Source: Eledone cirrhosa (Eukaryota). Taken from it: 64,000 nt of DNA. The stretch spans positions 319,796,001 to 319,860,000 of the forward strand of contig OZ024743.1 in assembly GCA_964016885.1 (NCBI GenBank), in the 5' to 3' direction. Below the pieces are notes generated by a model, which was given only the letters and a program-made list of their open reading frames with translations, did not search any database and had not been told where the DNA came from. Numbering within the stretch: the stretch's first letter is position 1; each line of letters opens with the position of its first letter. Of this stretch, positions 1 to 13,099 are shown piece by piece. Position numbers and translations under genes: made by a program.

Positions 1-579
1 GAGACTAAGTATAAGAGGTATCAAATGTTATGTTCTGGAGAGAAGATTATGTTTGTATGGCCATGTGATGCGTATGAAGGACGACAGCTGTATAAAAAAG
101 TGCAGAGCAATGAAAATTGATGGAAGCTATGGAGTGGTAGAAAAACCTGGGACGAGGTGATAAAAACTGACCTTGCTCACCTACACCTCTCTAAGACAAT
201 GTCACTGGGTCGAGATCTTTAGCACTATGCAGTTGTACAGAAGACCTGCCTTCCCTTGCATACAAACTTACAGTCAGTAGGCACCTCTTAACCCAATATA
301 CACCCCACCCCACACACCATACCCCATCCGCCCATTTCCGTCCACTGTGTCGGTGACAACAAAAAGCTCCCAGTACACACTGTAAAGTGGTCATGTAGGA
401 GACACAGTAAAAAGGCTCCCAGCCCACATTGTAAAAGTAGTTGGTGTTAGGAAGGGCAACCAGCCAGAGACTCTTCCGTACAAGCGAGACACGGACTCCT
501 GACCAATCCTGCATCAGATGGAACATAACCGTCTAACCCATGCTAGCGTGGAAGATGGACGTTAAATGATGATGATGAT
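1..579 (+). mobile_element. RTE-clade LINE 3' end, 3'UTR and (ATG)n tail
   Basis: Translates RLSIRGIKC..ERRL..YGHVMRMKDD; ends CCCATGCTAGCGTGGAAGATGGACGTTAAATGATGATGAT like the other copies. Confidence 0.85.
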
Positions 580-1819
580 TTTCCACATTTGCATGGATTA
601 GACAGGTTGTCATGTTATGAGACAAGTCATGTCAGGAGAGCATGTCATGCTCATGCGGATCTGTATTTTAGCTTAGTTTCTACAGCTCAGTGCCCTTTCT
701 AATGCCAACAATGTTAAGTATCTATACCATCATTGTTTTTATGTTTTCTTTTCCATACTTGCATGGGTTATATATATATAGGGCAGTCAAAGTTGATAGA
801 AAATGTGAATAGAAGAGCAAGGAAAACCAGGAATGATGTGGTGAGGGCAGACCTCATGCAGCTGAATCTCACAAAGGGGATGACGCAAAATTAAGTTGAC
901 TCATGATATGCTGTATGATAGAAGACTCACCAAACCACTCAGGTGGGATGAAATGAACATGAGGATGGCAGAGAGGTGAAATGACATTTAACTTCCTACT
1001 CCCTCTTCACTCATCATACACCTTCCCCGCCTTAATCCCAGCAACTAACACTCCTCAAGTCCTTTTACTCATCTCCTTACCCAACCCATGCCAGCATGGA
1101 AAAAAATGCCCTTCTCAAACCCATGCACATGCCCAATTCACCTTCTTTAGCCAACACATGTCAGCATGAAAGTATTATATGCTCACTATTCTCACCCACA
1201 TCCCTAATTCACTTTCCTTGACAAACGCATGCCAGCATGGACAGCTAGGGACACCTCACCATATACTGCCAGTACAATCAGAACCACCATTAATTAAAGA
1301 CAAATTTGCTGGGCTTAATCTGTGATATAAATAAATGTTGTGACATGACCATAACCTGCAGAATATTAAGGTATATTCAAGTCTATGAATGATCGAGTCA
1401 ATAGGATATTGAACACCCAGCTGAGAGATCACAGCAATTTGGATTTTCATATCACCACAGCATTATGTCCATAGTCAAGGCAATTACGTTTGTAATGACC
1501 TAGTCCATCTAGCTATAATAGTTGCTGTGTTAAAAAGAACTCACCACTGTCAAAAGAGGCAGTACTATAACATTTAAAGCTTTTTGTTAGCTTGCAGTTT
1601 TAAGTTAAAAATCTTGTGGTTATAGGTTGAATTGGCATATGATGCGATAGGATGGGTAGATGGGACTCAATGAAGTGTATCTAAGATTAAATAAACATCA
1701 GAGCAAAAATTTAAGAGCTCTGAGGTAAATGATATTTTCTTGACTCATTCAACAGAAGGCAAACAATAAAAGAGACATGATGATAATGGAAATGATAATG
1801 ACGAAGTAAATAACAATAC

Positions 1820-1930
1820 CGGCTTGCCCTCTCGGTTTATCTTCAACTCAAACATTGCATTCGGTAGTTTCATTTTTGATCGCTTACTGTTGGCCATTTC
1901 CAAGTTCAGTCGCCAGTTGATGGCATTTAG
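1820..1930 (-). CDS. COMMD10: COMMD10 exon 6, N-terminal part of the COMM domain (LNAINWRLNLEMANSKRSKMKLPNAMFELKINREGKP)
   Basis: Acceptor TCGTAG and donor GTATTG; 111 nt. Carries the COMM-domain W-R/Q-L signature. The terminal exon was not found in 1-1819 and is presumed outside the window. Confidence 0.92.
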
Positions 1931-2734
1931 CTACGAAGTTCAACCATAAAATAAATAAAAATAAGTAAAAAAATATGTTACATATAAAAAAAAAATCTAA
2001 AACATCTGACATGAAGTCACTTTACTGAAATAACAAAAACAAACATAGTTTAGTCTAGGTTGAAATTGAATTTATCAATTGTTTACACAAGGAAGAAAGC
2101 AGCAGGTATATCAATTGAATGAATTGAGAGCACCCACGAACTTAACAGACATGCTAAGACTGGTGGAGGAAAGGGAAGAAGATTTAAAAATTCATAAGCT
2201 GCAGCTAACCACAATGTTGATATTTCAACTAGAAGTCAGCAGTTTTTCAAGATTCTGTGCTAGCAGAGGCAATGTGTACTTGTTTTTTCATTTTTTCACA
2301 TTATCTTGTCACATTCTTTAACCCTTTAGCATTTAAACCAGCTGCATCCAGCCAGAATTTTCTCACCTCTTTCTGTTCAAACTGGCCATAAATAGCCACT
2401 GATGTTAAGGTATTGTTCTCGAAATAAATAATATCAAAATCTCATAGATTCAATATTATGTGAGATAAATCCGCTACCACAAACAATACAATAGTAAATA
2501 TAGAGTAATGTAAATGCTAAAGGGTTAAATACCTCAATTACTGTATCTATCCTTTTGTTTGCTAACATTATGTCCAATAAATCCACTTTAGAGCTGTTAT
2601 ATGTGATGAGCTTGGCTGAGGCTTATCTCCATCGCACCTCTAATACACAGAACATATCTAGTTGCTTCTCCTTTAGCATTTCTTCAATATTATCAATGGT
2701 AAATACTATTGTTTCTTCTTTAATGTTCGGTATT

Positions 2735-4446
2735 GCAAGGTAGTGTGTTAGTGTGAATAGAGATGTTGCTGGGGAAAAATGTGTTAGAAATTATGCTGGT
2801 GTGCACCACTGATGCCCAAAAGAAAGAGGTATGGAAATTTTACAATGAGAGATTAATGAATGTAGAGAATGAATGGGAGGAAGAGAAACTACCCCCAACT
2901 TACCCAAGGGAAGGACCAGCTATTGAAGTTGATAGTTTTTGGGTCAAAGATACAATAAAGGAAATGAAAAATGGTAAAGCAGCAGGACCATCAGAAGTAG
3001 TTGCTAAGATGCTGAAAACCATTGGAGAGATAGGAGTCAAAATAGTAACCTGTATAGTAAATCAAGTAATATATGATGGAGTCATACCTAATGACTGGTG
3101 CAGCAGTACAATCATAAATGGCTACAGGGGCAGAAGTTGATGCTCTAGAAAGGAACAACTACAGAGGAATAAAACTAATAGACCAAGTTATGAAAGTATC
3201 CAAAAGAGTTATAGCACAGCTAATTAGGAAAAAGTCAAAATAAATGAGATGCAGTTTGGTTTCATGTCTGGGAAATGTACTACAGCTGCACTCTTCTTAG
3301 TGAGGGAACTACAAGATAATAAAGCCAAAAATAAACAACTATATTTAGCTTTTGTTGATCTAGAGGAAGCCTTTGACAGAGTACCTTGATCTATTATCTG
3401 GTGGTTTTTAAGGAAATTAGGTGAAGAAGAATGGCTTGTGAGAGCAGTCCAAGCTATGTACAAAGGAGTGGTCACTAAAGTGAAAGCAGGAAATGAGTTT
3501 AGCGAGGAATTCAAGGTACAGGTAGGAGTTCATCAAAGTTCAGTTCTTAGCCCACTGCAGTTCATCATAGTTCTTCAGGCCATAACAGAGGCATTTAAAA
3601 CTGGTTACCCATGGAAACTCCTCTATGCAGATGATTTGGTTTTTATAGCTGACACCGAAAAAGAGCTAGAAAATAAATTCCGATTATGGAAACTGAATTT
3701 TGAATCAAAAGGCCTGAGAGTAAACTTAACCAATACTAAAGTGTTAGTGAGTAGGAGAGAAGACAGGATTCAGATTCACTCAGGGAAGTGGCCGTGCTCA
3801 ATATGCAGAAAAGCAGTAGGCATAAACCCCATACAATGTACACTATGTAATCTTGGGTACACAAAAAAAATGTAGTGGGATAACGAGTAAACTAACAGGA
3901 AGGGAGAACTTTGTTTGTAGAAGATGCACAGGAGAAATTGAGAGGACGAGTGCCAATGATATAACATTTTTCCAGTCACAGAAAGGATCCATAGATGTGG
4001 TTGATAGCTTCTGCTATCTAGGTGACCTAATTAGCAGCAGAGGAGGGTGCACCGAGAGTATAATAGCTAAAATAAGGATAGGATAGAAAAAGTTTAGAGA
4101 ACTGGATGTGCAATGTAAATGTGAGAGAAAAGCAGAGCTTGGAAGAGCTGAGAGAGAAGCTGGGCTTAAGGGGAATCCGAGATGGTGTGCAGGAGAGATG
4201 ACTGCATTGGTATGGACATGTGATGTGCATGGACAATGACTGATGGGTAAAGAACTTCCAGGAAATCCAAGTGGAAGGAAGCTGCAATAAAGACAACCAA
4301 GAAAGACCTGGGCAGAGGTTGTGAGAGTGGACCTCAAATCTCTAAGACTGGCAGAGGAGATGACGAAGGAACGCAATAAGTGGAGAGAGGACATGCTGAG
4401 AAGGACCCATCCAACCCATGCAAGGATGTAAAAACGATGATGATGT
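2735..4446 (+). mobile_element. Degenerate 5'-truncated RTE LINE (RT, PHD-like finger, tail)
   Basis: ORF fragments with GKAAGPS, GVHQSSVLSP, LYADDL and WPCSICRK; stops and frameshifts; ATG-repeat tail. Confidence 0.9.
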
Positions 4447-5175
4447 AATGAATATTATGATCTTAAATTGGCTCATGGATATGAAATTGAAGTGGAAGAG
4501 AATAGTCATGACTGCTACTTATTTGTATTGACTTTGTTGTGTTCAGAACTTCAAACATAGATATGAAAATAATTTGATAGATATTCAGTGAAAAATATGA
4601 ACTATTGTGTCAGCCACTTTACTGCTATTTTATAAATACATAGACATAGTAGTAGAAATACAAAAGTTTGTTTCAAGGGTTGGTATTTGAGTGGGGTATA
4701 TTTTATTGATCTAAAAAAATAGAAGACAAATTCAAGGCTTTCCTTTTTTGTGGGTGTAAATATAGTTTCATTTTCACTAAAAATATAATATGAAGCACAT
4801 TTAAACCATTAAGTAGCAAAATCTCGCAATATCATGAAAAATAATTGACATATCAAAATTATTGACTAGTATCTAATAAAAGCAAACCACACTGTTAAAA
4901 GGAACAAAAAGTAAGAAAAAATACAGGGCTCCCTCCTCAAGTGAGCCACTGTATTTCTAACTTTACAGAGGAAATCAGCAGTGTAAGGGACCAAGGGTGC
5001 TAAAGGTCTAAAAAAAGACTGCTACAAAGAGGAAATGGTCTGTAAGGTTCTGTTATTTGACTCAATATAATGGGCTGTAACAAAATACTCCAACACAGTT
5101 TGTCCTGTACATTACCAGCTATTTTGATGGTTGTGATAATAACAATAATGATGAAAGTGTCAAGGGGCTACATAC

Positions 5176-5259
5176 TTGATCTGGTACAAGTGTTCTTTGC
5201 CGTAACTTTTGAAGGATTTCCTTAGCATGTGTTGACCATGCTTCAACAATTGCCTGTAT
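5176..5259 (-). CDS. COMMD10: COMMD10 exon 5 (IQAIVEAWSTHAKEILQKLRQRTLVPDQ)
   Basis: Acceptor TTTCAG and donor GTATGT; 84 nt. Resembles [26 protein letters not shown]. Confidence 0.92.
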
Positions 5260-5389
5260 CTGAAACCAGAATGTATGGATAGTTATAAACATAATCATAT
5301 ATACATATGTTCAAATATACATGTTCTCATATGCATACACTTAAATACAAACCTACAGGTACATAGAAACATACCTATCATACTGTTAA

Positions 5390-6688
5390 CTGCTGTCCTG
5401 AAGACAAACAGGACTATTCAATAACGAATATTGCTTTAGACATAGTGTGCTATGTGCATGAGAAGAGATGAAATGGAGAGAAGCCTCATCCAGACATCTA
5501 ATGGACAAGAAACATAGGTTCAAGTTTTGGATGGGTAATAGCAATGATGTGGGTGGGGTAAGCAGACTACTTGAAGAGAAATGGGAAAAAAAGGTAATTG
5601 CGGTAGTTAGAGTATGCAACAGGATAATTAAGCTTAGATTAGTCTTGAACACTGTGACTGTGGCCATCATATCTGTATACACACAAGCAGGTCTTACAGA
5701 TCACTTCTATCAGGTCCATTTGTAGACTACCTCAATGACAAATGACTGCCTTTACTGTCGTGGCTGGTGACATCAATGGATAAATGGAACAGCACCAGGT
5801 AGATACCATGGACTTGTGTAAAATGAAGAAGGATCAAGTCTTCTAGAGTTTTGTGAGGCAAATGATCTGACCAGCCACTTAATCATCTACCAATAGGAAG
5901 ACACACAAGTCAAGTCAGTCTTTAGTGACTTCAGAGTAAGAGCAAGATACATAGACAAATTAAAGAGAATCTGAAGGAGAAAAATATGGAAACTTAAAGA
6001 ACCTCTAAACACACATATGTTTAGAGACATACTAGCTGAAGTTCTTGACAAGGAAGATGTGAAATTAGTCACATAACAGAAAAGAAAATTGGAAACATCT
6101 TCAAGACAACCTGCTGAAGGCCACAAATGAGGTTTTTGGTTGGAACAAGGTACAAAATAGATGAAAGGTGACACTGTGGTGGAACAGTACTGCAGAAAAG
6201 GCGATAAAAGCTAAGAGACAGGATTAGAAAGTCTTGAAGGCTAGGAGTAGCAAGGAATTATACCAAGTAGCTAGACGTCAGGTTTTTGTAGCAAGAGAAA
6301 AGGTTGAAAGAAAGGGGTTTGTCAATGTCTGGTGACTTGAAGACCAGAAGTGTGAGGTGTTCTAGATAACAAGACAGCTTACCAAAGAGAACTGAGAAGT
6401 GGAACAGAAGCCTGTATGGAATGACAATAGCTCACTTTCCTTTACCGATATTGAAAAGGAAGATGTGTGGAAGTATTACTGTGAGATCCTAAATGAGGAC
6501 AATACATGAGAGAGTGCAGGTCTACCCCATGTAGACAGAACTAAGGGACTAGCTATGAAAGTGAACAGCAATAGCGAAGATAAAGGGAGTTAAGTATATG
6601 AAGGTAGGAGATGCAGTTAGTTCATCCGGGATTGTGGCTGTGATGGTTAAGCTATCTGGTAGAGTAGGACAGAGGCTAGTCATATGGA
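5390..6688 (+). mobile_element. Heavily decayed RTE fragment (APE endonuclease and linker)
   Basis: FWMGNSNDVGGV..EKW..RIIKLRLVL aligns by eye to the APE domain of the 17576-20071 ORF. Confidence 0.8.
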
Positions 6689-6885
6689 GTAAATTTCAAT
6701 TCAAGCAGTTTACGTAAGTGCTAAAATGAACATTATTCAACAAACTCTCTCATCAACCAAATACCAGATTAAAGGATGCATTATATATGAAATTAAAGGC
6801 TGTATTCAATAATTGTCACACTATAATAACTGAATCCAGTAAAGATGATATGTGTCTGAAAATTGTATATATATATATATGTGAG

Positions 6886-7026
6886 AGGCACATGGCTTAG
6901 TGGTTAGAGCATTGGCCTTGCAATCGAAAGGTTGTGAGTTCAATTCTCAGACCGGGTGATCTGTTGTGTCCCTGATCAAGACACTTTATTTCACATTGCT
7001 CCAGTTTACTCAGCTGTAGAAATGAG
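6886..7026 (+). mobile_element. tRNA-derived SINE head with CORE-like central domain
   Basis: A-box TGGCTTAGTGG, B-box GAGTTCAATTC, then TGTGTCCCTGATCAAGACACTTT...CAGCTGTAGAAATGAG. Confidence 0.7.
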
Positions 7027-7049
7027 ATGATAGGGACTGTTGTCCATAT

Positions 7050-7650
7050 CATTCCACTGCAAAGTGGTCGTGGAGGTGCCACGGCAAAAAAGCACCCAGC
7101 CCACACTGTAAAGTGGACGTGGAGGTGCCACGGAAAAAACCAGCCAGCACTCACTGTAAATGAGGTTGGTGTTAGGAAGGGCATCCAGCTGTAGAAATCA
7201 AGCCAGAATCAGTTCCTGTCCCACCCTTGCAAGCAGGGAAAAACGGATGTAAAATGAAATGAATGAATGTGATGCATCAGTGTATATATATTTCAAAATG
7301 ACATGATAAAAAGCAAAATTGGTCATGTTGGTAACATGAGAAAAAACACCCAGCCCACTGTGTAAAGTGGTTGTGGTGGTGACATGACAAATAGTACCTA
7401 GCCCACCCTGTAAAGTGGTTCTGTTAGTGACATGATAAAAAGATAAAAAGCACCCAGTCCATCCTGTAACGTGTTTATGCTGGTGACATGAGGAAAAAGA
7501 ACTGTAAATGTAGTTGGCATACACCCATAGAAATCAAGCCCAAAGCAGTTCTGTATGAGCAAGACATGGTTATCCAATTTGACTTGTCTTATAATGGGAA
7601 CACTTGTCTAATCCATGCTACCATGGAAAAATGGGCATTAAATGGTGATG
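7050..7650 (+). mobile_element. Two RTE 3'UTR-derived fragments with tails
   Basis: 7053-7225 is nearly identical to the RTE 3'UTR at about 16139-16305; repeated CCACACTGTAAAGTGG units. Confidence 0.75.
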
Positions 7651-7878
7651 AAGTTAGCTTCACATTCTAAAGATTTCAGGTTCAGTCCCATTATGCAGCA
7701 CCTTCGACAAGTGCGATTTGCCTGAGACTCAATAGGAAGATAAATAAGTATCAAACAAAGTATTGCGGCCAAAAGAATCAGCCAAAACTTTTGATGTTGG
7801 TACCCCAACATGGTCGTAATTTAGTGATTAAAACCAGTAAAAAAACTAAGAGAATATTGGAAAGCCTGTGTAACTTAC

Positions 7879-7950
7879 TTTATCTTCATTAATTTCTAGT
7901 TGTTCAAGTTGCTGTTTCAACACAGCTGGTTTAGCAGAATGGTACGCTGC
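7879..7950 (-). CDS. COMMD10: COMMD10 exon 4 (AAYHSAKPAVLKQQLEQLEINEDK)
   Basis: Acceptor TTGCAG and donor GTAAGT; 72 nt. Resembles [24 protein letters not shown]. Confidence 0.93.
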
Positions 7951-8086
7951 CTGCAACAAATATCAAACAGAGCCTTTAATAAAACAAACAATGAAGTATA
8001 TACACAAGATAAAATTTATAAACAACACATTCGCCTATAATAGGTCTGTGTCAAATAGTGTGTAATCTAATGCAAAGCTTTATATA

Positions 8087-8292
8087 TAGAGGTTGACTGA
8101 AAAGTTCATAGGCTGACCAAGATACTCTAATGGAATAACAAAATGTGGTTCATTTTTCAACAAACTCCCTGGAAAGAAACAAAGCAGTTATTAATAATAT
8201 TAATAAGAGTTGAAATTAATGCATGCAAGATTTCACAGCTCCAGCATCAATCCTTCATAGTCAGCCTATAAACTTTTCAGTCAACCCTCGTA
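8087..8292. mobile_element. Tc1/mariner-type MITE, about 200 bp
   Basis: TIRs GAGGTTGACTGAAAAGTTCATAGGCTGAC / GTCAGCCTATAAACTTTTCAGTCAACCCTCG with TA at the ends; related copies elsewhere in the window. Confidence 0.8.
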
Positions 8293-9302
8293 TAAACTCT
8301 TCTTTTCCTTTCAGCTGCCATGATGAAAGCTAAGTCTGGATAGATTGTAGAAATGCAAGTGAGTAGATGTGTGCCTTGTACAAGAGATGAATTGAAAGAG
8401 AGCTTCAGTCCAAATCCTCATGGGCAAAGAATAGAAGTACTAATTCTTCTGAGTGGGTAACAGTGGTAAAGTGGGTGGATCAGGCATATTATTGGCAGAA
8501 AAATAGATAGATTTGATACAGAGTTAGAAACAGAATAATAAACACTTAACACCCTGCAACCATTTAGAAGAAAATATCTTTAATCTGTTTGGTAACTGCA
8601 ATGGAAGTGCTTCCAAGCAGAATATAAACTATGATTGCTAACTTGTTCAGTAATATCTTAAATTAAAGGGATATTAATACAATATGTTAGCAGACTTTCT
8701 AACTGGCAGGGCTTCTCCAGCAAAGCCTGCTACCAATTTTCATAGTCCTTTGTCATCTTTTTCATGAGGTCAGTCTTCCACACTTCTCATATTTTCCCTT
8801 GTCTCCTTTTTCCAAATATATACGTGTGTGTGTATATATAGAAAGATATGGGGAGAAGCAAAGGGAGAAACAGGAAAAGCAGAATTTCATATTCAAATAG
8901 CTAGATATACAGATTGCTTATTTTTTTCTCTTTTACTTAAGTCAAAGCCAAATTTTTATAGGTGTATAGGAGTACAATTGATAAACTGACCACTAGATAG
9001 ATAAAGTTAATCCTGACATGATTTGAGCTCTGAAGTAAGAAGTGCAAAACTAGATACAGTAATGCCTTTTGTTTTGAATTCTACAAACATTGCGATCTCC
9101 ACCATCATGATGTCCAGAAAGAGTTTCAACGAAATCCATCAATAATTACACCATTATTTAAGAACAAGGACAGACATATTGGATAATACAGTCTGTGATG
9201 AACTATGTTTGAGAAGATGGTCTTGGCTAGAACTCTATCGATCATAGATCTTTTCGATCAAAGTTGAACAGCAGCAGCAACAACTGTTATATATTGACTG
9301 AC

Positions 9303-9413
9303 CTGTTGCAAGAAAAACTCCAAAGACTGTATCATTAGCTCCAAGTCAGCAGCAGGAAGGTCTAATGTCTGTTCCAACTTGCTTTCTTCTTCTTCTGTGA
9401 AGGATCTCTCATC
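9303..9413 (-). CDS. COMMD10: COMMD10 exon 3 (DERSFTEEEESKLEQTLDLPAADLELMIQSLEFFLQQ)
   Basis: Acceptor TTTCTAG and donor GTCAGT; 111 nt, phase 0. Resembles COMMD10 ESSFSEEEEEKLQ...LETISFILEQ. Confidence 0.93.
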
Positions 9414-10569
9414 CTAGAAATTGAAATTGAAATAACAAAGATAATTCTTTTTTGGCTAAGACAAACACAAACACAATCTTCTGAGAAAGGGGTATAATCG
9501 AAGAAACTGAGCTAATAGTTGTTTAGTACACAACGTTTTTTGATGAAGTATTTCTACAGCTGGTTGTCTTTCCTGATGCCAACCCATGCTGTATTTTTAA
9601 GTATGTGGTATATTACTCATCTTCATTAAAATGGGTAGCTGCAAGATATAACGTTTATGCAAACATCAGCACTTGCTTTCAACAATGTTGATATGAAAAT
9701 ATACAGAAATACCTATACAAATCTTTTCACAAGGCACTAACTGACGCAGGCCTATAGTAGAAGACGCTTGATTAAAGTGCTGTGCAGTAGGATACAACTA
9801 GACACCACATGGTTGTAAAGCATATTTCTTAACAACAGTCATGCCTTGGTCTCATTATAAAATTATGGGTTGTTAGTATCTTAGACAACACTCAGTGAAA
9901 AATATGAATTGCTGACCCTTTATTAATCTGTTCATTTAGCCGTCCATAGGTCATTGATTTAGCAGAACACTTAACACTCAGCACTATAATTCACAAACAT
10001 GTCTGTGGTTCAAATGTTTGCTTCAGAAGTACATGGTTTGGGGTTTATTCCACTCTGTAGCATCTTGGACAAGTGTTTTCTAATACTGCCCAAGGCATTG
10101 TGAGTGAGTAGGAAGCCTGCTAACATACTGTATTAATTACCCTTTGATTTAAAATATGAGTAAACAAATTAGCGCTCACTTTACTCCCAGATAAATATCA
10201 CTTTAATTTTAAATACTCATTAACAAGTTAGCAGTCACATATCCTATCTGGTATTTAGTGCAGGATCAGCCAGTTAGTCTATCTAAAATATATCTACAAG
10301 TGCTTTTACAAAACCAGCTGCTGCTCTGAATGAACGGACAAACATATGGACATCAAATCTAGTAAAATATTATTGCAATAAGTTGAGATGTAATTCATTT
10401 GAGTTGTGACAAAAATCTCAATGGATATTTTACCCCCAACTCCGGCCCTCCACATATCCATGTAGTAAGATGATATCTTTAAGATTTAAATGTTAACTTA
10501 CTGTATTAATATTGCTTCAATTTTAAATGCTAATTAACAAACTAGCAATCCCTATGTCATCCCAGTTGA

Positions 10570-12395
10570 CTTATCCACATCTATGAGGACCTTCTGCAGA
10601 CCACTTCAATGAAAAATGATGGGAATATCATTACTGAGGCTGGTGCTTTCAATGGCCATATTGGGAAACACTGTAGTAGCTTTCCTAGGGTGTGCAGTGT
10701 CTATAGATATGGTACAAGAAATGAAAAGGGGGGGAGGGGGTCAAGATTTCTGGAGTTCTGTGATGCTTTTGCCAAAACCATGTGCAACACAAACTTTAAG
10801 AATCCAGAATAGTGTGTGTGTGTGTGTGGGGGGGGGGGGGGGGTACACAAACCAAATAGATTTCATTCTCACCAAGAAATGAGATAGATGAAAGGGTATA
10901 TCTCCCAATATACCATTAGTTATTAGTGACCTTAAAGTAAAGGCTTGATGAACTAAAAGACAAAAAGCCTATCTGGAGGAAAAAGATATGAAGAGTAAAA
11001 GACTCTTCAGCAGGCAACAAATTAAAGAAAATAATACTTAATGCTTATGACAGTATGAAAGAGGAAATGGAGAGCTATATTATAGAAAAAAATTGAGAAT
11101 TTAAATGAGAAAATATGCAAGATTGAGGGTGATGTGATGGAGGGATTATAAGGTAGATAGAACCATAAAAACAAAAAGACGAGTCTGGAATGACTGGAGA
11201 AAGAGGGGGGGGGACAGATAGCCATACCAGATAGCTAGGAGAAAGGACAGGAGCAAGGTACACCTTGCAAGGGAAAAAGCAGAAAAGAAGTTTCCACATG
11301 ATCAGAGGCATGAAATTTTAGGGAAAATTGATTTAGGCATGAAGTTTTAGGGAAAATCGATTGTGATTGGGCAAAAGTGTGTCTGAATTTTTAGTGGAGC
11401 ACTTTTACTGATTGATGCTGAAAAGAATGAGGCATGGAGGACATATGAAAAATTACTGAATGAATAGAATAAATGGGATAGTGAAGGCCTACCCCATGTA
11501 GACCTAACCGAAGGAGAAACCAGAAAAAGTTGACAGCAGTGTGATAGAAAAAGCAATTACAGGTAAAATTATGTGCATATACATGTAGATATGACAACTT
11601 AGTTGATGTTATTTAAATTTCAATGAAAGAGTCATACTTTTAAGTTAGAAGCTGGTTCTTTCTCTATTGGCAAGAAAGAAAGAATGAACAAACAAACCAG
11701 TGAGTGAGCAAGCATGGATGTTAAACAATGATGGTGATGATGATCTATGTATATGTGGCCCTGCTCAATATGTAAAAAGAGAGAAAGCATAAACTCCATA
11801 TGATGTACATAATGTAAATCTTGGGTACACAAGAAATGTAGTTGGATAATGAGTAGACTAACAAGGAGGGAAGACTTTGTAGAAGTTGCACAGGGGTAGC
11901 CAGTGATGTAAGCCTATTTCAGTCACAGGTGGTTGATAGCTTCTGCTATCTTGGTGACGAAATTAGCAATGGAAGAGGGTGCTCTGAGAGCATAATAGTT
12001 AATTACGGATAGGATGGAAAAAAGTTCAGAGAGTTACTTCCACTGTTGATCACAAAAGGTTTCTCCTCATGTAAAAAAGGATAACTGCATGATGCCTGTG
12101 TGTGAAGTGCAATGCTGCATGGTAGAGAAACAAGGGCTGAGACTGCAGAGGACATGTGCTGATTGGAGAGAAATGAAGCAACCATGCTCCATTGGATGTA
12201 CAAAGTATGAGAGAAAGGCAGAGCTTAGACAAGTTGAGTGTGAAACTGGGTTTAAAGGGAATCCAGGGTGGTGTGCAGGGGAGAAAACTGCATAGGTTTG
12301 GACATGTGATGCGCATTGACAATGATCATTGGGTGAAGAATTGCCAGGAAATGCTAGTGGAAAGGTGATATAAAAACAATGATGATGATGATGAT
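10570..12395 (+). mobile_element. Highly degraded, internally deleted RTE LINE
   Basis: AGAFNGHIG..YGTRNE..FLEFCDA (APE), later WPCSIC and GWKKFRELLP remnants; ATG-repeat tail. Confidence 0.8.
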
Positions 12396-12428
12396 AATAT
12401 ACATATATAATTTACATATATATATATA

Positions 12429-12890
12429 ACTCAGCGGGAGCTCAAACAGTGGGAGTACATACAAATTTTTGCCGGTTTGAACTCCCGGTGACCATATCGA
12501 GTTGTCGGCTAGAGAGAACAAATAAGGTTGGTGGTATTCTCGATTGTAGTTTAGTATTCAGCCACCCACACCCCTGCGACTAAGCAGTGCTGTCAGGATG
12601 ATCTGAAAATTAGAAGGGAGTGGACACTCAGAGCAAAAATACACATCTTTATTCCGCTCCCTTCCACATAAAATTGCCTCAGAAATGTTACCTTTTAATC
12701 AATTTTGGCTCTCTGAAGAAATCACGATATCTATCATCATTGAAATATGTATAACGGCTCAATTAATAAAGGACCTTAACATCTTCAACTTTGCATTTAC
12801 ATCTTTATTAATATACACCATCATACTTGTTTTTAGGAAGTAATGAGACGTCGAGTGCTAGAAGTGAATTGCATCCTTGTATACCGAATG
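12429..12890 (+). mobile_element. Probable solo PLE pseudo-LTR between TA runs, with a decayed hammerhead motif at 12707-12759
   Basis: CTGAAGA, imperfect hairpin, GAAA-TATGTA-TA; same layout as the PLE-linked hammerheads further right. Confidence 0.45.
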
Positions 12891-13099
12891 TATATATATA
12901 TAGCCCGTTAGGAAGAACATCCAGAGCCAAAGTCAGTTCTGTATGTTCAAGACATGGTCACCTGACCTAGCATTGCCCACATCAGGGCAACTCGTCTAAC
13001 CCATGCTAGCATGGAAAAATTGATGTAAAACGATAATAATGATGATAATGAATATATATCATCCTCATCATTGTTACATACATACATATATACACAAAC

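Noticed and set aside
1256-1450. Candidate last COMMD10 exon
   Set aside because: No resemblance to the expected EF..EL..FY..LE.IQ.QLD C-terminus.
6886-6960. tRNA gene
   Set aside because: A and B boxes are present but there is no convincing acceptor stem, and it continues into a SINE core; the same holds for the 28091 and 42127 heads.
7050-7500. CRISPR-like spaced repeats (CCACACTGTAAAGTGG units, also at 26850-27060)
   Set aside because: Degenerate tandem units of the RTE 3'UTR in a eukaryotic context, with no unique spacers or cas genes.
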